From Candidatus Saccharimonadota bacterium (GTDB lineage Archaea; Nanohalarchaeota; Nanosalinia; Nanosalinales; Nanosalinaceae), in assembly GCA_001761425.1 (NCBI GenBank), contig CP012986.1, forward strand, positions 930,001-962,000: a stretch of 32,000 nucleotides of DNA. The letters are read 5' to 3'. A program made the translations under genes and the position numbers. This document shows positions 17,444 through 26,676 of this stretch, in pieces (the stretch's first letter is position 1; each line of letters starts with the position of its first letter). Below the pieces are notes generated by a model. That model was not told where the DNA came from and ran no database searches. It was given only the letters and a program-made list of their open reading frames with translations.

Positions 17444-17881
17444 TCAAGGCCTTAAAGGGTTATAACCTGTGTCTATGCCCAGGAAACTGTTGAAATGCCG
17501 TGAAACGTATTTTTCTATCTCTTCCTCGAGTTCAGGGTTTTCTACCTGGAATGAGGCCTTTATTCTGCCTGAGCCTTCTCCCGGGAGATGGCTTTCATAA
17601 CGGATTTTTCCGCTTACACCTTCTGTTTCTAGCTCCATATCTGCTAGGGCTACATCGATGTCTCCAGCATATGCCATTTCCCTGAACTTGTCAAAATCAA
17701 GTCTTCCGTTTGTCTCTCCTGCGACGTAGAAGTTTTCATCTATCTCGGGGTCTTCAACTGTATCTCTGAAATCCTGATCGTACTCTCTGAAGTTTTCGTA
17801 GATCTCGTGAGGATGCCAGTCGTTGCTTAGAAAGAGAAATTCAGGCCTTCTTGGGGCTTTGTAGCCTTTAAATTCTGTCAT
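17444..17881 (-). CDS. hypothetical acidic protein, 145 aa
   Basis: The ORF starts 9 nt downstream of the nucleotidyltransferase gene on the same strand. I recognised no motif. Confidence 0.5.
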   Translation of the reverse strand: MTEFKGYKAPRRPEFLFLSNDWHPHEIYENFREYDQDFRDTVEDPEIDENFYVAGETNGRLDFDKFREMAYAGDIDVALADMELETEGVSGKIRYESHLPGEGSGRIKASFQVENPELEEEIEKYVSRHFNSFLGIDTGYNPLRP

Positions 17882-17890
17882 TTTTCAGGC

Positions 17891-19147
17891 CTATTTTTTG
17901 TCCTGTTCCTGTTCTTCTTCCTGTTTCTCTACTTCTTTTTCAGCCTTTTTTTCCAGGTTGGGTACCGCCTCCTCTGGATCTGCGGCTTTGGCTATGGAGG
18001 ATGGGTCCATGTCTGGTGTCATGTCTTCGGCTTCTTCCTGTTTCTGTTTCTGGATGTCTTTGCCGACGTCTGAGACGAATTCCTTGGTCTCGTTTTTGAG
18101 TTCGTAGACTTCTTTTTCGTCTACGTCGTCCATTTCCTTGTTTTTGACTTTTTCAATTACATCTTCCCAGCGGTCGAACATCTGGACGTGTTCTTCTCCG
18201 ACATCGAGGTTTTCCGCAACTACCCCTGGGAGGTCGTCCTTGTCTTCTGGAGGTTCTACGCCCTGGCTCTTGAGTGCTGCTACGTTGGCCTTGAGGAATT
18301 TTTTGTAGTCGTCTACTATACCTTTGACTTTTTTCCTTGAACCTAGCTGGCTGACCAGTTTGTGCATCCTTCTGACGAAGTCGTCCGTCATCTGCATGTG
18401 ATCTTCTACGGCCTCTCCTGTAACCTTTTCCGGATCTTTCTCTCCCAGATCTCCGAAGTCGTAGATCTTCCGGGCCTTCTCAATGTATTCTTCTTCCAGC
18501 ATTTCCTTTTCCACAAACATCTCTTCAAGAACATCTGAAACATTCTCCTTGGCAGGAGGCTTTTTACCTGCGAGCATGATCGGTGCCTGTCCAGCGTTAG
18601 CCATCGCCTGCTCCAGCTTATGGGGGATAGAGGAACGGAAATTTTTCTCAGCCTTTTTGTAGCCTGCTGCACCCATCTTCAAACGCTTCTTGACGGATTC
18701 CTGTGTCCCTGTGATCTTTCCTCTCTCGAGAAGTCTCTTCGCAGGCATAAAAATACCTGTATCGTAGACAGGCTCCCCGTTTCTCACCGCTTCGATAGCG
18801 AGAGGCTCTCCTTTCCTCAGAGAGTCCCAGAACTCAGTTAAGAAGGGAAAGTACTGGATGGTAATTCTATCATCAGTCTCCTTTGCGAGATCTGTGACTT
18901 TCTTCCTGATCTTGTTCTTCGCCTCATCAGGAACGTCTTTCCGAAGTTTAGTATCATCTAAAATTACAAGCGTATCGATATCTGAGTCATGTCCATGCTC
19001 TCCTTTCGCAACGCTGCCCCAGACGGCTACAACTTTCACTTTATCCTCTAATTTATCCTTCAACTTGTCCGCAAACTCATTAGCAGACTCCATTCTGCGC
19101 TCCTGGGACTTTTTCCTCATCTCTTTCATCTTATCTTTAGAACTCAT
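17891..19147 (-). CDS. Pol-beta superfamily nucleotidyltransferase with a long helical C-terminal region and KE-rich tail
   Basis: VVAVWGSVAKGEHGHDSDIDTLVILDD is a minimal-NTase signature (GS...DxD). The ATG at 19147 is preferred over the TTG at 19162. Confidence 0.7.
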   Translation of the reverse strand: MSSKDKMKEMRKKSQERRMESANEFADKLKDKLEDKVKVVAVWGSVAKGEHGHDSDIDTLVILDDTKLRKDVPDEAKNKIRKKVTDLAKETDDRITIQYFPFLTEFWDSLRKGEPLAIEAVRNGEPVYDTGIFMPAKRLLERGKITGTQESVKKRLKMGAAGYKKAEKNFRSSIPHKLEQAMANAGQAPIMLAGKKPPAKENVSDVLEEMFVEKEMLEEEYIEKARKIYDFGDLGEKDPEKVTGEAVEDHMQMTDDFVRRMHKLVSQLGSRKKVKGIVDDYKKFLKANVAALKSQGVEPPEDKDDLPGVVAENLDVGEEHVQMFDRWEDVIEKVKNKEMDDVDEKEVYELKNETKEFVSDVGKDIQKQKQEEAEDMTPDMDPSSIAKAADPEEAVPNLEKKAEKEVEKQEEEQEQDKK

Positions 19148-19218
19148 GGAGAGATCACACAAACCGTTGAAACTCTCAAACTTATAAAACTTTAAAGATC
19201 TTTTGTCACTGAAAAGTC

Positions 19219-19953
19219 ATGATAGAAGGCCTTCTCTCCCCTCCTCACGCCAGAAACCACGAAGACTATGACAGGGAGATCAATCTATCGAGTGCTGAGG
19301 CCTGGATCAGAGATGAGGTCGATGGTTTTGACAGTGCTGTCCTGATGGGTGTCCCAGGCTCCGAGAAAGATATGTTTGTACAATCTGTTGAAGAATTATT
19401 AACTGATGAGGCCTTCCACGGTGCTGATATCTACGCTCATGATCCTATCGGAGAAGAGCTTGATTACTTTGATACGGAAAGTATAGAGTACGACAGGAAG
19501 CCCAGCAGAATATCTGATATAGAATGGATCAGCGAAAATATCTCTGAAGACGATGACATCGCTGTCTTTTCCTTCGACTACAATATCAGGACAGGAAAGG
19601 AGTTAGACCGTAGACTGGAAGATCATGAGACCTTCGGACAGTTCCCTCTACAGTTCGATGATTTCAATGATTTAACAGTTTCTAACTACTTGAAAGGCCT
19701 TGTGCCTGGTTTCGAAAGCTTTGAAGATGAGGTTGATGACCAGGAGAAATCTTTCAGTTATACTGTTCCGGAGACAGGAAGTTCCAATGCTGTGGTTCTT
19801 AGCGTTCCTTTCAGCGACAGTTTCAGCGGTTACAGTGGAAAGATGCGGAGTGAAACTCTTCGGTACGGCCTTGCTGTGCTTCCGTACGGTCAGAAGATGA
19901 AGGATATAGGTAAGAAAGGCCTTGATAGGGTTATGGATGGTTTCGAGTACTGA
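19219..19953 (+). CDS. hypothetical acidic protein, 244 aa
   Basis: Clean ORF with an AT-rich TATA-like upstream region (19182-19197) and a T7 run directly after the stop. Confidence 0.5.
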   Translation: MIEGLLSPPHARNHEDYDREINLSSAEAWIRDEVDGFDSAVLMGVPGSEKDMFVQSVEELLTDEAFHGADIYAHDPIGEELDYFDTESIEYDRKPSRISDIEWISENISEDDDIAVFSFDYNIRTGKELDRRLEDHETFGQFPLQFDDFNDLTVSNYLKGLVPGFESFEDEVDDQEKSFSYTVPETGSSNAVVLSVPFSDSFSGYSGKMRSETLRYGLAVLPYGQKMKDIGKKGLDRVMDGFEY

Positions 19954-19960
19954 TTTTTTT
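19954..19960 (+). terminator. T7 run immediately after the stop of the 244-aa gene
   Basis: TGA followed by TTTTTTT. Archaeal termination typically uses oligo-T tracts. Confidence 0.4.
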
Positions 19961-22685
19961 ACTGGTATTCTTCGCTTTTCCATTCGTTTGGTCTGTTTCC
20001 GCCCTGTTCTATGGCTCCGCTTCCACTCCATGTGAAGTCAAAGCCTTCTGCCTGAAGTAGTCCGTCAAGAGGATCGAATGCATGTTCCTCGATCTTGGAC
20101 CATTCTCTGTTGAAGTTAGGCCTGTCCATGCGGAAGAAACGTGCCATAAGTGCTTCTTTCTCGTTTTCGTACTGGGAGTCCGGATCAACCTTGCTTGGGT
20201 CAAGTTCATCTGGTTCTACGCCTAGTTCGATCAGGTCCATGGCTATCTGGGCCATATAGACTGTTCCTGTCTGTTCTCCGCCGACCTCGTACATTACATA
20301 GGCCTCTTCTCCCGGGTTTTTCCCGAATCCTGCATCCACCATTTTATACAGCCATTCGTAGAGTTCTACGTCTCCTCTACGGAACGGTCCGTGGGTATGA
20401 CCTGTTCCCTGGCTGGTCTCCCATCCTGGCTTGGTCAGGTGGTACATTCTGACAATATAGGCAAGAGGATTATCTTCATCCACTTTAACATCGTAGTCTT
20501 TTCCTGCCAGCCATTTTTCCTGTTCGATAAGTAATTCCATCTCTTCCCATGGTTCGACTCCGAATCCTGCGACGTGTTCCATATCTATGGTGAACTTGGC
20601 GACAGCACCATCCAGGGCCTCATGTATCTCATCAAGCTCGTTTCTCGCTGTGATATTTACGGCTCTACAGGCTGCTACCATGTCTTTAGGCCTCCAGAGT
20701 TTGAACATTTCGTTAGGCCCTCCCGCCATCGCTTCCATGTTGACTCCTATCCCGTACTTGTTCATCCATTCGATCCAGGTATAGTTGCCTTCGTCTGGGT
20801 CAACGTAACTGTTTCCTTCGATCCTGAAATCATCCTGTATCTGGGTGAAATGACTCCAGAAGTAGACGCTGGCTGAAGCAGCTGCGACATCCATCCTGAA
20901 CTCCCTGTTTTCCTCCAGCAGGTCAAGGAACTTCGGATCCTCGCCTTCCTCAGCTCTGGGATCAGTCAGATCAAGATCGTAGTCATCACCCCATTTTCTC
21001 TCGACTACAGTCTCCCAGAGGAACTTGGCAGCCGGAAAACCATCATGGCCTTCCTCATCCTCATCTGCAACCGCCATCCAGGCCGGCATAATCCTGTAAA
21101 AGATGTTGGACTCCATCCATATCTGCTGTTCAAAGTTAGCCGAGAAAAGGTTGCGCAGAAGTTCACCGTGCTTATCAAGCTCCATCTCCTCTTCAGGCCC
21201 TTCCTTCTCAAAGTACTCAGGCACACCCATCAGAACTCTCTCAGCATGAGTCTCGATATCCTCATCCAGATCCTCTGACTCTAACTCATAAGCCAGCTCC
21301 TGGATCTTCATCTGCTGAACGTCAAAGTGACTGCTCAAGGCCTGAATCTTGGCATCAATCGAAATCGGCTCTTCACCGTTCCCTTCCCAGAGCTTATCCA
21401 TTAACTGTCCAAGTTTCTCCTGTATCTTTTCCACAGCATCCTCATAGACCCCCTGCTCTTCAGGTATCTCCTCAAGACCTTCTTTGATGTCCTGCTGGAG
21501 GCCTGGATTCTGCTCTGCCGTTTGAACGACATTCTGTGTTGCCTCTACTTCCAGTGCCACTCTCTCAATACCCTGTAACATTCTTGGAATCAGCTGTGCA
21601 ATCTGGACCTCATCTGGATCAAGGCCTACCTGGCTGGCAGCGTTTTTCCTCAGATTGTAGAGTAGGCCTGCCATCTGACGAATAGAGACTATACCCCTTT
21701 CCCCTCCGATAACATCAGAAATCTGTTTTTCCTTCGTTTTCTGGGTCACATCTGCCTTTAACTCGTCATTCTGATCCAGGTCAAACTCTATCTCCACTAC
21801 AGGTACTTCAAAATCTCCGTACTCATCTACTATCCTGTACCATTCTGTTTCGATACCTCTGTCGCTCTGGCCCGCTGTCGTGATAACGGAGATCTTTGCT
21901 TCAAGAGACTCTATCAAGTTGTCTACTTCGTCGGCTTCTGGATCTGTTTTCCAGCGGTAGTATTCGTTTGTAGCGGATCTTCGAGCCTGTTCCCATTTAT
22001 CTTCGAATTTTTTGGAGTAACGTGAGAAAAGGTTGTAGTACTGGAAGTCATAATCCACTTCTTCCAGTAGGAACGTGTAGTATATCCTTCTGAGGAACTC
22101 CTTGTTCTGAAAGATGTTTTGACCTCTCTCCGATCTTCTCCTGTTAACTTCTTCTGAAAGCTCTGTTATTTTGAAGCCGAAAGGATCAAGGCTGACATCG
22201 TCCGCCATCCTCTCGTGAAGCGGAGGTATGTTATCCGTCGAGATATGCGGATTGATACGGCCAGACTTGAAACTGATATCATCCCTGTTATCGACCTCTT
22301 CCTTGAAAGAAGCATAGTTCTGGAGATATTTTCTGAAATAATCCTGGGTGATATCGAAACCTCTACCCCTACCAGTCTTATAGGAAGAAGTGTAACCGAT
22401 GTTAGGATCACTGTGGAAGGATACATCCAGTCCAAGGCCTTCCACTGTACTTATCAGATCCTGTCTGTCGATGAAAAAAGTGGAGGGGTTCTCAAGCTTG
22501 ATCTCCATCACTCCGCCTCCTCTCTGAGCTAGCTGGCCAACCCTCTGGGCGATCTCAGAAGGTATATCTCCTGTCACGTCCATGCCTGAAGTGTTCCCGA
22601 CCTCGTAGTTGAACTGTTTAAGATCAAGGCCTTCTTCACCGCCGAAATCAAAGTTCTCTTTCAGTTTGTCGATCAGGAAACTCAT
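19959..22685 (-). CDS. endonuclease IV / xylose-isomerase-like TIM-barrel metalloprotein split by an insertion of about 470 aa
   Basis: 908 aa. By-eye signature blocks are FHSD (H91), INPH (H147), GVNMEAMAGG (E651), IDMEH (D701, H704), MYHLTK (H749), GHTHG (H763, H765) and VMYEVGG (E800). Their order and spacing match the AP-endonuclease-2 fold, apart from a gap of about 500 residues. Confidence 0.6.
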   Translation of the reverse strand: MSFLIDKLKENFDFGGEEGLDLKQFNYEVGNTSGMDVTGDIPSEIAQRVGQLAQRGGGVMEIKLENPSTFFIDRQDLISTVEGLGLDVSFHSDPNIGYTSSYKTGRGRGFDITQDYFRKYLQNYASFKEEVDNRDDISFKSGRINPHISTDNIPPLHERMADDVSLDPFGFKITELSEEVNRRRSERGQNIFQNKEFLRRIYYTFLLEEVDYDFQYYNLFSRYSKKFEDKWEQARRSATNEYYRWKTDPEADEVDNLIESLEAKISVITTAGQSDRGIETEWYRIVDEYGDFEVPVVEIEFDLDQNDELKADVTQKTKEKQISDVIGGERGIVSIRQMAGLLYNLRKNAASQVGLDPDEVQIAQLIPRMLQGIERVALEVEATQNVVQTAEQNPGLQQDIKEGLEEIPEEQGVYEDAVEKIQEKLGQLMDKLWEGNGEEPISIDAKIQALSSHFDVQQMKIQELAYELESEDLDEDIETHAERVLMGVPEYFEKEGPEEEMELDKHGELLRNLFSANFEQQIWMESNIFYRIMPAWMAVADEDEEGHDGFPAAKFLWETVVERKWGDDYDLDLTDPRAEEGEDPKFLDLLEENREFRMDVAAASASVYFWSHFTQIQDDFRIEGNSYVDPDEGNYTWIEWMNKYGIGVNMEAMAGGPNEMFKLWRPKDMVAACRAVNITARNELDEIHEALDGAVAKFTIDMEHVAGFGVEPWEEMELLIEQEKWLAGKDYDVKVDEDNPLAYIVRMYHLTKPGWETSQGTGHTHGPFRRGDVELYEWLYKMVDAGFGKNPGEEAYVMYEVGGEQTGTVYMAQIAMDLIELGVEPDELDPSKVDPDSQYENEKEALMARFFRMDRPNFNREWSKIEEHAFDPLDGLLQAEGFDFTWSGSGAIEQGGNRPNEWKSEEYQ

Positions 22686-22697
22686 CTATTTTTCACC

Positions 22698-24329
22698 CTA
22701 GTTCATTGTATAGAGGCCGAAGCCCAGCTTGAAGTTCCAGTAATAGTTGAACCACATGTCATGGGTCAGATCGCCTAGAGGATCAGTACCAGGCGGTATC
22801 ACGAATGGATCAGTCTGCCCGGTAAATTTCCTCAGCTTTTTCTCGAAGCCACCGTACATATCCTCTCCCTTGTCATTGTCCTCATGCAGCGAGGTCTCAA
22901 GGACCTCATCAAGGCCTTTGATATAATCCTCCTGGAGTATATCTACAGGGTCAAGGCCGTCCTCGATTCTTCTTATCTTGGAGGAGGTTTCCAGAGGAAT
23001 ATCTTCATCAAGTTCCTTGCTCAAGGCCTCACGGAGTTTTCTGACCGACATATCCTCGTCTTTTCTTGCTTCTTTGAGTTCTTCCCCGTACTCTGTCTCG
23101 AAGTCTCCAGTGTAGTCTTTCATCAGTTCATCTGTCTGATCCTGGTACTTCTCGATCTTGGCCTTGAAAAAGTTCTCAAAGACGTGTTTGCAGACGATCG
23201 CCGGATGCCACATCACGACGCCGGATGAAGGGCCTTCTGCCGGGCTTTGAGGGTTACCTGGGCTTGCCATGTTGACGTGGACTCCGTGGATATAGATTAT
23301 CCTGTAGTGCGTGGCTTCGTCTTCACTGTCCGCTACGACTATATCGCCGTGTTCTTTCTTCAAAGGTTTGTAGCAGATGAACTCCAGGTTTCTTTCCATC
23401 GAAGAGTTTCCTTTCCACTCGTAGTAATTGGTGTAATCGCTCTGGAGGTCTCCCATCTTGTTTATCTGTACCATGTCCTTCACGTAAGGCTCCAGCCATT
23501 CTTTGGTCTCTCCTATTGATCTCTCGATACTCTTCAACTGTCCTTTGAGATCCTCCAGTTTCCTGTTGACTTCGGAGCCGTAGAGATCCTTCCATTTCTC
23601 GTACATCGAGTACTTCTTTTTCAGGATAGCTTTCTCGTTGTTAGGCCTATCTGCCAGGACACCATCTTTGTCATCCTCTCTGTCCTCGGCTGGCTTCAGA
23701 TCATCCAGCGAATCCATCTCGTAGAAATCAGATACGATCGTCGGATAGATATTTCTCTCAACAAGAGTCTTCATTGCTGCCTCTCCGCCCTGCTGGGAAC
23801 CTGCGTTCGCTCCATCAACCAGTTCAACGAAGTCTCCTTTCAAAACTGCCTCATCTTTCTCACTCATGGCCTCAGCACGCGAACGGAGCTTCCTGATATC
23901 GTGTTCAAGCATATGCTTCTGCTTCATCAGCTCGGAGATGTTACGCATGTTCTCCTTGACCTTGGACTCCGCCTGCTGTTTTCTCTGCATAAACTCATCA
24001 TGAAGTTGACTTTGAGGAGCTACATAGATACCTTCCTCAGTTCTCTCCACACTATAGTCCTTATTCTCATCCAGGTTATCCGCAGCAGTAAGTACTACAG
24101 CAAAAGGCGTCCCTTGACTCGAGGCCGAGACCTTCAACTTCTTCCAGTTATCCCCCATAAGCGGTTTGAGAAAGTCATCTCCCAATTCCTCTCTAACCCC
24201 TCTGAGGCCTTGTATCTCACCCCTCCTGATCTTTTCCACGACATCTTTCCCTGGACTGCTCAAATCTCCGTCTGTCTCGAAGACGTGTCCGAACTTACAG
24301 GTTTCAGGGTGATCTCCGCCATGGCTCAT
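22698..24329 (-). CDS. hypothetical coiled-coil protein with an aromatic/hydrophobic C-terminal tail, 543 aa
   Basis: It is the upstream gene of the pair, 12 nt from the 908-aa gene. A heptad-like segment spans about residues 105-165. The C-terminus is DMWFNYYWNFKLGFGLYTMN. Confidence 0.55.
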   Translation of the reverse strand: MSHGGDHPETCKFGHVFETDGDLSSPGKDVVEKIRRGEIQGLRGVREELGDDFLKPLMGDNWKKLKVSASSQGTPFAVVLTAADNLDENKDYSVERTEEGIYVAPQSQLHDEFMQRKQQAESKVKENMRNISELMKQKHMLEHDIRKLRSRAEAMSEKDEAVLKGDFVELVDGANAGSQQGGEAAMKTLVERNIYPTIVSDFYEMDSLDDLKPAEDREDDKDGVLADRPNNEKAILKKKYSMYEKWKDLYGSEVNRKLEDLKGQLKSIERSIGETKEWLEPYVKDMVQINKMGDLQSDYTNYYEWKGNSSMERNLEFICYKPLKKEHGDIVVADSEDEATHYRIIYIHGVHVNMASPGNPQSPAEGPSSGVVMWHPAIVCKHVFENFFKAKIEKYQDQTDELMKDYTGDFETEYGEELKEARKDEDMSVRKLREALSKELDEDIPLETSSKIRRIEDGLDPVDILQEDYIKGLDEVLETSLHEDNDKGEDMYGGFEKKLRKFTGQTDPFVIPPGTDPLGDLTHDMWFNYYWNFKLGFGLYTMN

Positions 24330-24396
24330 ATAATTACAGTATTCGTTTTTCCACTACTTAAAATTCGAACATGTTTTCCATGACCAGTCGAAATAA

Positions 24397-24906
24397 ATGG
24401 ATAAGGCCTTGAACCATATGATAGAGATGGAAGCTCCTCTTCTGAAGAGACGGTTGAACCCTTTCCTGCTGGTATCCACGGTGGTGGTTCTGTCTTTGCT
24501 TGCCGGTCTATCGGTGCTTTACCAGTCAGAGCTTAACGACCTGGTTACTGACAGAAAAAATCTTTCCTCAACCATCGAGGAGAAAAACTCCAGGATAGCA
24601 AGTCTTGAAAGCCAGGTGAACAACCTTTCTACCCGGAGCAGTGACCTGAACCAGAGCGTGAAGAATCTCAGGGAAGGCCTGGCTGAGAGAATCAGTACGA
24701 TAGAGGAGAAAAACAGTACTGTAGAACGGTTACGAAACGACCTTGAAGACAAAAACAGCTCTGTAGAATTGCTGAGAGCTGAAAACCAGAAGCTTAACAG
24801 CACTATCAACGACATGAGACTGGACTTCGGAACCCTGTGCGAGAACAACAGAGAAAACATTACACAGCGCGGAAGAGAAATCTGTGACGAGTACTTCGGA
24901 CAATGA
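24397..24906 (+). CDS. N-terminally anchored coiled-coil protein rich in N-glycosylation sequons
   Basis: There is one TM helix (LLVSTVVVLSLLAGLSVL), followed by a coiled coil with a repeated STIEEKNS unit. There are about seven N-x-S/T sequons and two C-terminal Cys residues. Confidence 0.55.
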   Translation: MDKALNHMIEMEAPLLKRRLNPFLLVSTVVVLSLLAGLSVLYQSELNDLVTDRKNLSSTIEEKNSRIASLESQVNNLSTRSSDLNQSVKNLREGLAERISTIEEKNSTVERLRNDLEDKNSSVELLRAENQKLNSTINDMRLDFGTLCENNRENITQRGREICDEYFGQ

Positions 24907-25664
24907 GAGTAGAAAAACTGCTTAAAAGGCTGAAAAGAGAATTCATCAAGGTAAACATAATCCAGGCCTCACTGGACTCTATAGGCCTTTTCCTTGGTCT
25001 TAATCTGTTTACTTTCCTTTTCTCGATTGAACTGGTTTCAGGAGTCGATAACCCGCAGATCCTGCTGGCATTTTCGGTTCTCTTCTTTATAGGCGACCTT
25101 ATTTACAGGGTAAAGAACTACAGGCTGGAGATCTACGAGCAGGAGAATCCTAAGCTGAAAGAAGTCCTGAGAACAGCCAGGGACAACCTGGATAAAAGCG
25201 ATATTGCCTCTCAGGCCTTGTTCGATGATCTTATGGATCGTGCACGTTCAGTTACTTCTGACAGTATTATTCCAAGCAAGGTTATCATCCAGAAGATCCT
25301 TGTAGTCGGCGGGTTAAGTTTCATGACTGCGCTATCTGGAATTGCAGATTTCCAGATACAGCAGAATCCTACAGAAGTCCTGAGCGATGTAGATAATTTA
25401 ATACCCGGCGATAACTCTGTTGAGGAGGACGGCGTAGATGAAGTCGAGTTTAACGATACTTCGAGGATCCTGGGTGAAGCTGAGAATATCGATTTTAATT
25501 CTGAAATTAACATCAGCATCCAGGGCGAGGGAAACGAGAGTGAGGCCGGTTTCGAGGCCTACAGTGGAGAAGAGGAAATGACTTTCGAGGCTGCGGATCC
25601 TAACAGGCCTGATAACCTTGAGCTGGCGAGGGATTACAGTTTGGCGATAAGAGATTTTGAGTAG
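24903..25664 (+). CDS. membrane protein with an acidic C-terminal domain, 253 aa
   Basis: It overlaps the previous gene by ATGA. It has 2-3 TM helices (IGLFLGLNLFTFLF, ILLAFSVLFFIGDLI, VVGGLSFMTALSGI). Confidence 0.55.
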   Translation: MRVEKLLKRLKREFIKVNIIQASLDSIGLFLGLNLFTFLFSIELVSGVDNPQILLAFSVLFFIGDLIYRVKNYRLEIYEQENPKLKEVLRTARDNLDKSDIASQALFDDLMDRARSVTSDSIIPSKVIIQKILVVGGLSFMTALSGIADFQIQQNPTEVLSDVDNLIPGDNSVEEDGVDEVEFNDTSRILGEAENIDFNSEINISIQGEGNESEAGFEAYSGEEEMTFEAADPNRPDNLELARDYSLAIRDFE

Positions 25665-25710
25665 AGGCCTGTATCCGAATTTAAATATCTGAAAGACCGT
25701 TGTTATTGTT

Positions 25711-26676
25711 ATGAAGATAAAAAGCATGAATGAGTCGAAGAAGTACGAGAAAGCTAACGAGAAACTTGCCGATATCAAGGAGGAGGTTGGAAAAGTAATT
25801 GTTGGTCAGGAAAAGATCCTGGACCAGATCCTTGTCGCGATCCTGTGTGACGGAAATATCCTTCTGGAATCAAACCCTGGTATGGGTAAGACCAAGATGG
25901 TCAGTACTGTTTCACGTGTTGTAGGCCTTGAGTTTTCCCGTATTCAGTCGACTCCTGATCTGATGCCTTCTGATATTACAGGTACACACATCATCAATGA
26001 AGAAGGTGATGAGGCCGAATTTGTCTTCCAGAAAGGCCCTATCTTTGCGAATATGGTTCTGGCGGATGAGATCAACCGTGCGACTCCGAAAACCCAGTCC
26101 GCTTTGTTAGAAGCGATGCAGGAGAAGCAGGTAACGGTCGGTAATCAGAGCTATACTCTGGAGGATCCTTTCTTCCTTATGGCGACACAGAACCCTATCG
26201 AGCAGGAAGGAACCTATCCGCTTCCAGAGGCTCAGAGAGACAGGTTCATGATGAAAGTGGAGCTTGACTTCCCGGAGAGCGGGGAGGAAGTAGAGATCGT
26301 GGAACGTTTCACAGAGGAATTAAACTACGATCCAGATCTGGAACAGGTCATCTCCCAGCCATCGCTGATAAAACTACAGCAGTTCACACGTCAGGTCCCT
26401 ATAGCGGATGATATCAGAGAACACGCAGTAGAGATTGTCCGGGAGACCAGAGAACACGAAGATCTTGATTACGGAGCATCCCCACGTGGATCAATGAACC
26501 TCGTACTCGCTGCGAAGGCTAAGGCCCTGATCGAGGGAAGAAATCATGTATCTGTCTCTGACATCAACGCTATGGCACAGCCAGTTCTGAGACACAGGAT
26601 AGGCCTTAACTTCAAAGCAGAAAAAGAAGGTAAGGACGAAGACAAGGTCGTAAAGGAGATCGTTCACCAGGTATGA
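25711..26676 (+). CDS. moxR: MoxR-family AAA+ ATPase
   Basis: Walker A is LLESNPGMGKTKM, Walker B and sensor are VLADEINRATPKTQSALLEAMQE, and QNPIEQEGTYPLPEAQRDRF is present. An alternative start exists at 25726. Confidence 0.85.
   Translation: MKIKSMNESKKYEKANEKLADIKEEVGKVIVGQEKILDQILVAILCDGNILLESNPGMGKTKMVSTVSRVVGLEFSRIQSTPDLMPSDITGTHIINEEGDEAEFVFQKGPIFANMVLADEINRATPKTQSALLEAMQEKQVTVGNQSYTLEDPFFLMATQNPIEQEGTYPLPEAQRDRFMMKVELDFPESGEEVEIVERFTEELNYDPDLEQVISQPSLIKLQQFTRQVPIADDIREHAVEIVRETREHEDLDYGASPRGSMNLVLAAKAKALIEGRNHVSVSDINAMAQPVLRHRIGLNFKAEKEGKDEDKVVKEIVHQV

Noticed and set aside
17318-17446. A tRNA-like T-loop string GAGTTCAAATCTC (17433-17445) in the convergent spacer after atpD. The flanking AGGCCT copies (17325 and 17447) could mimic an acceptor stem.
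   Set aside because: The T-stem would have only 3-4 clean pairs. There is no D-arm with GG and no anticodon arm in register. The supposed acceptor halves are about 125 nt apart and are simply two copies of the dispersed palindrome. Part of the string overlaps the stop codon of the 145-aa gene.
19330-19380. A Walker-A-like string LMGVPGSEKD in the 244-aa hypothetical protein.
   Set aside because: The second Gly and the Ser/Thr of GxxxxGK[ST] are replaced, and I could not find a Walker B motif. This is too weak to call a P-loop NTPase.
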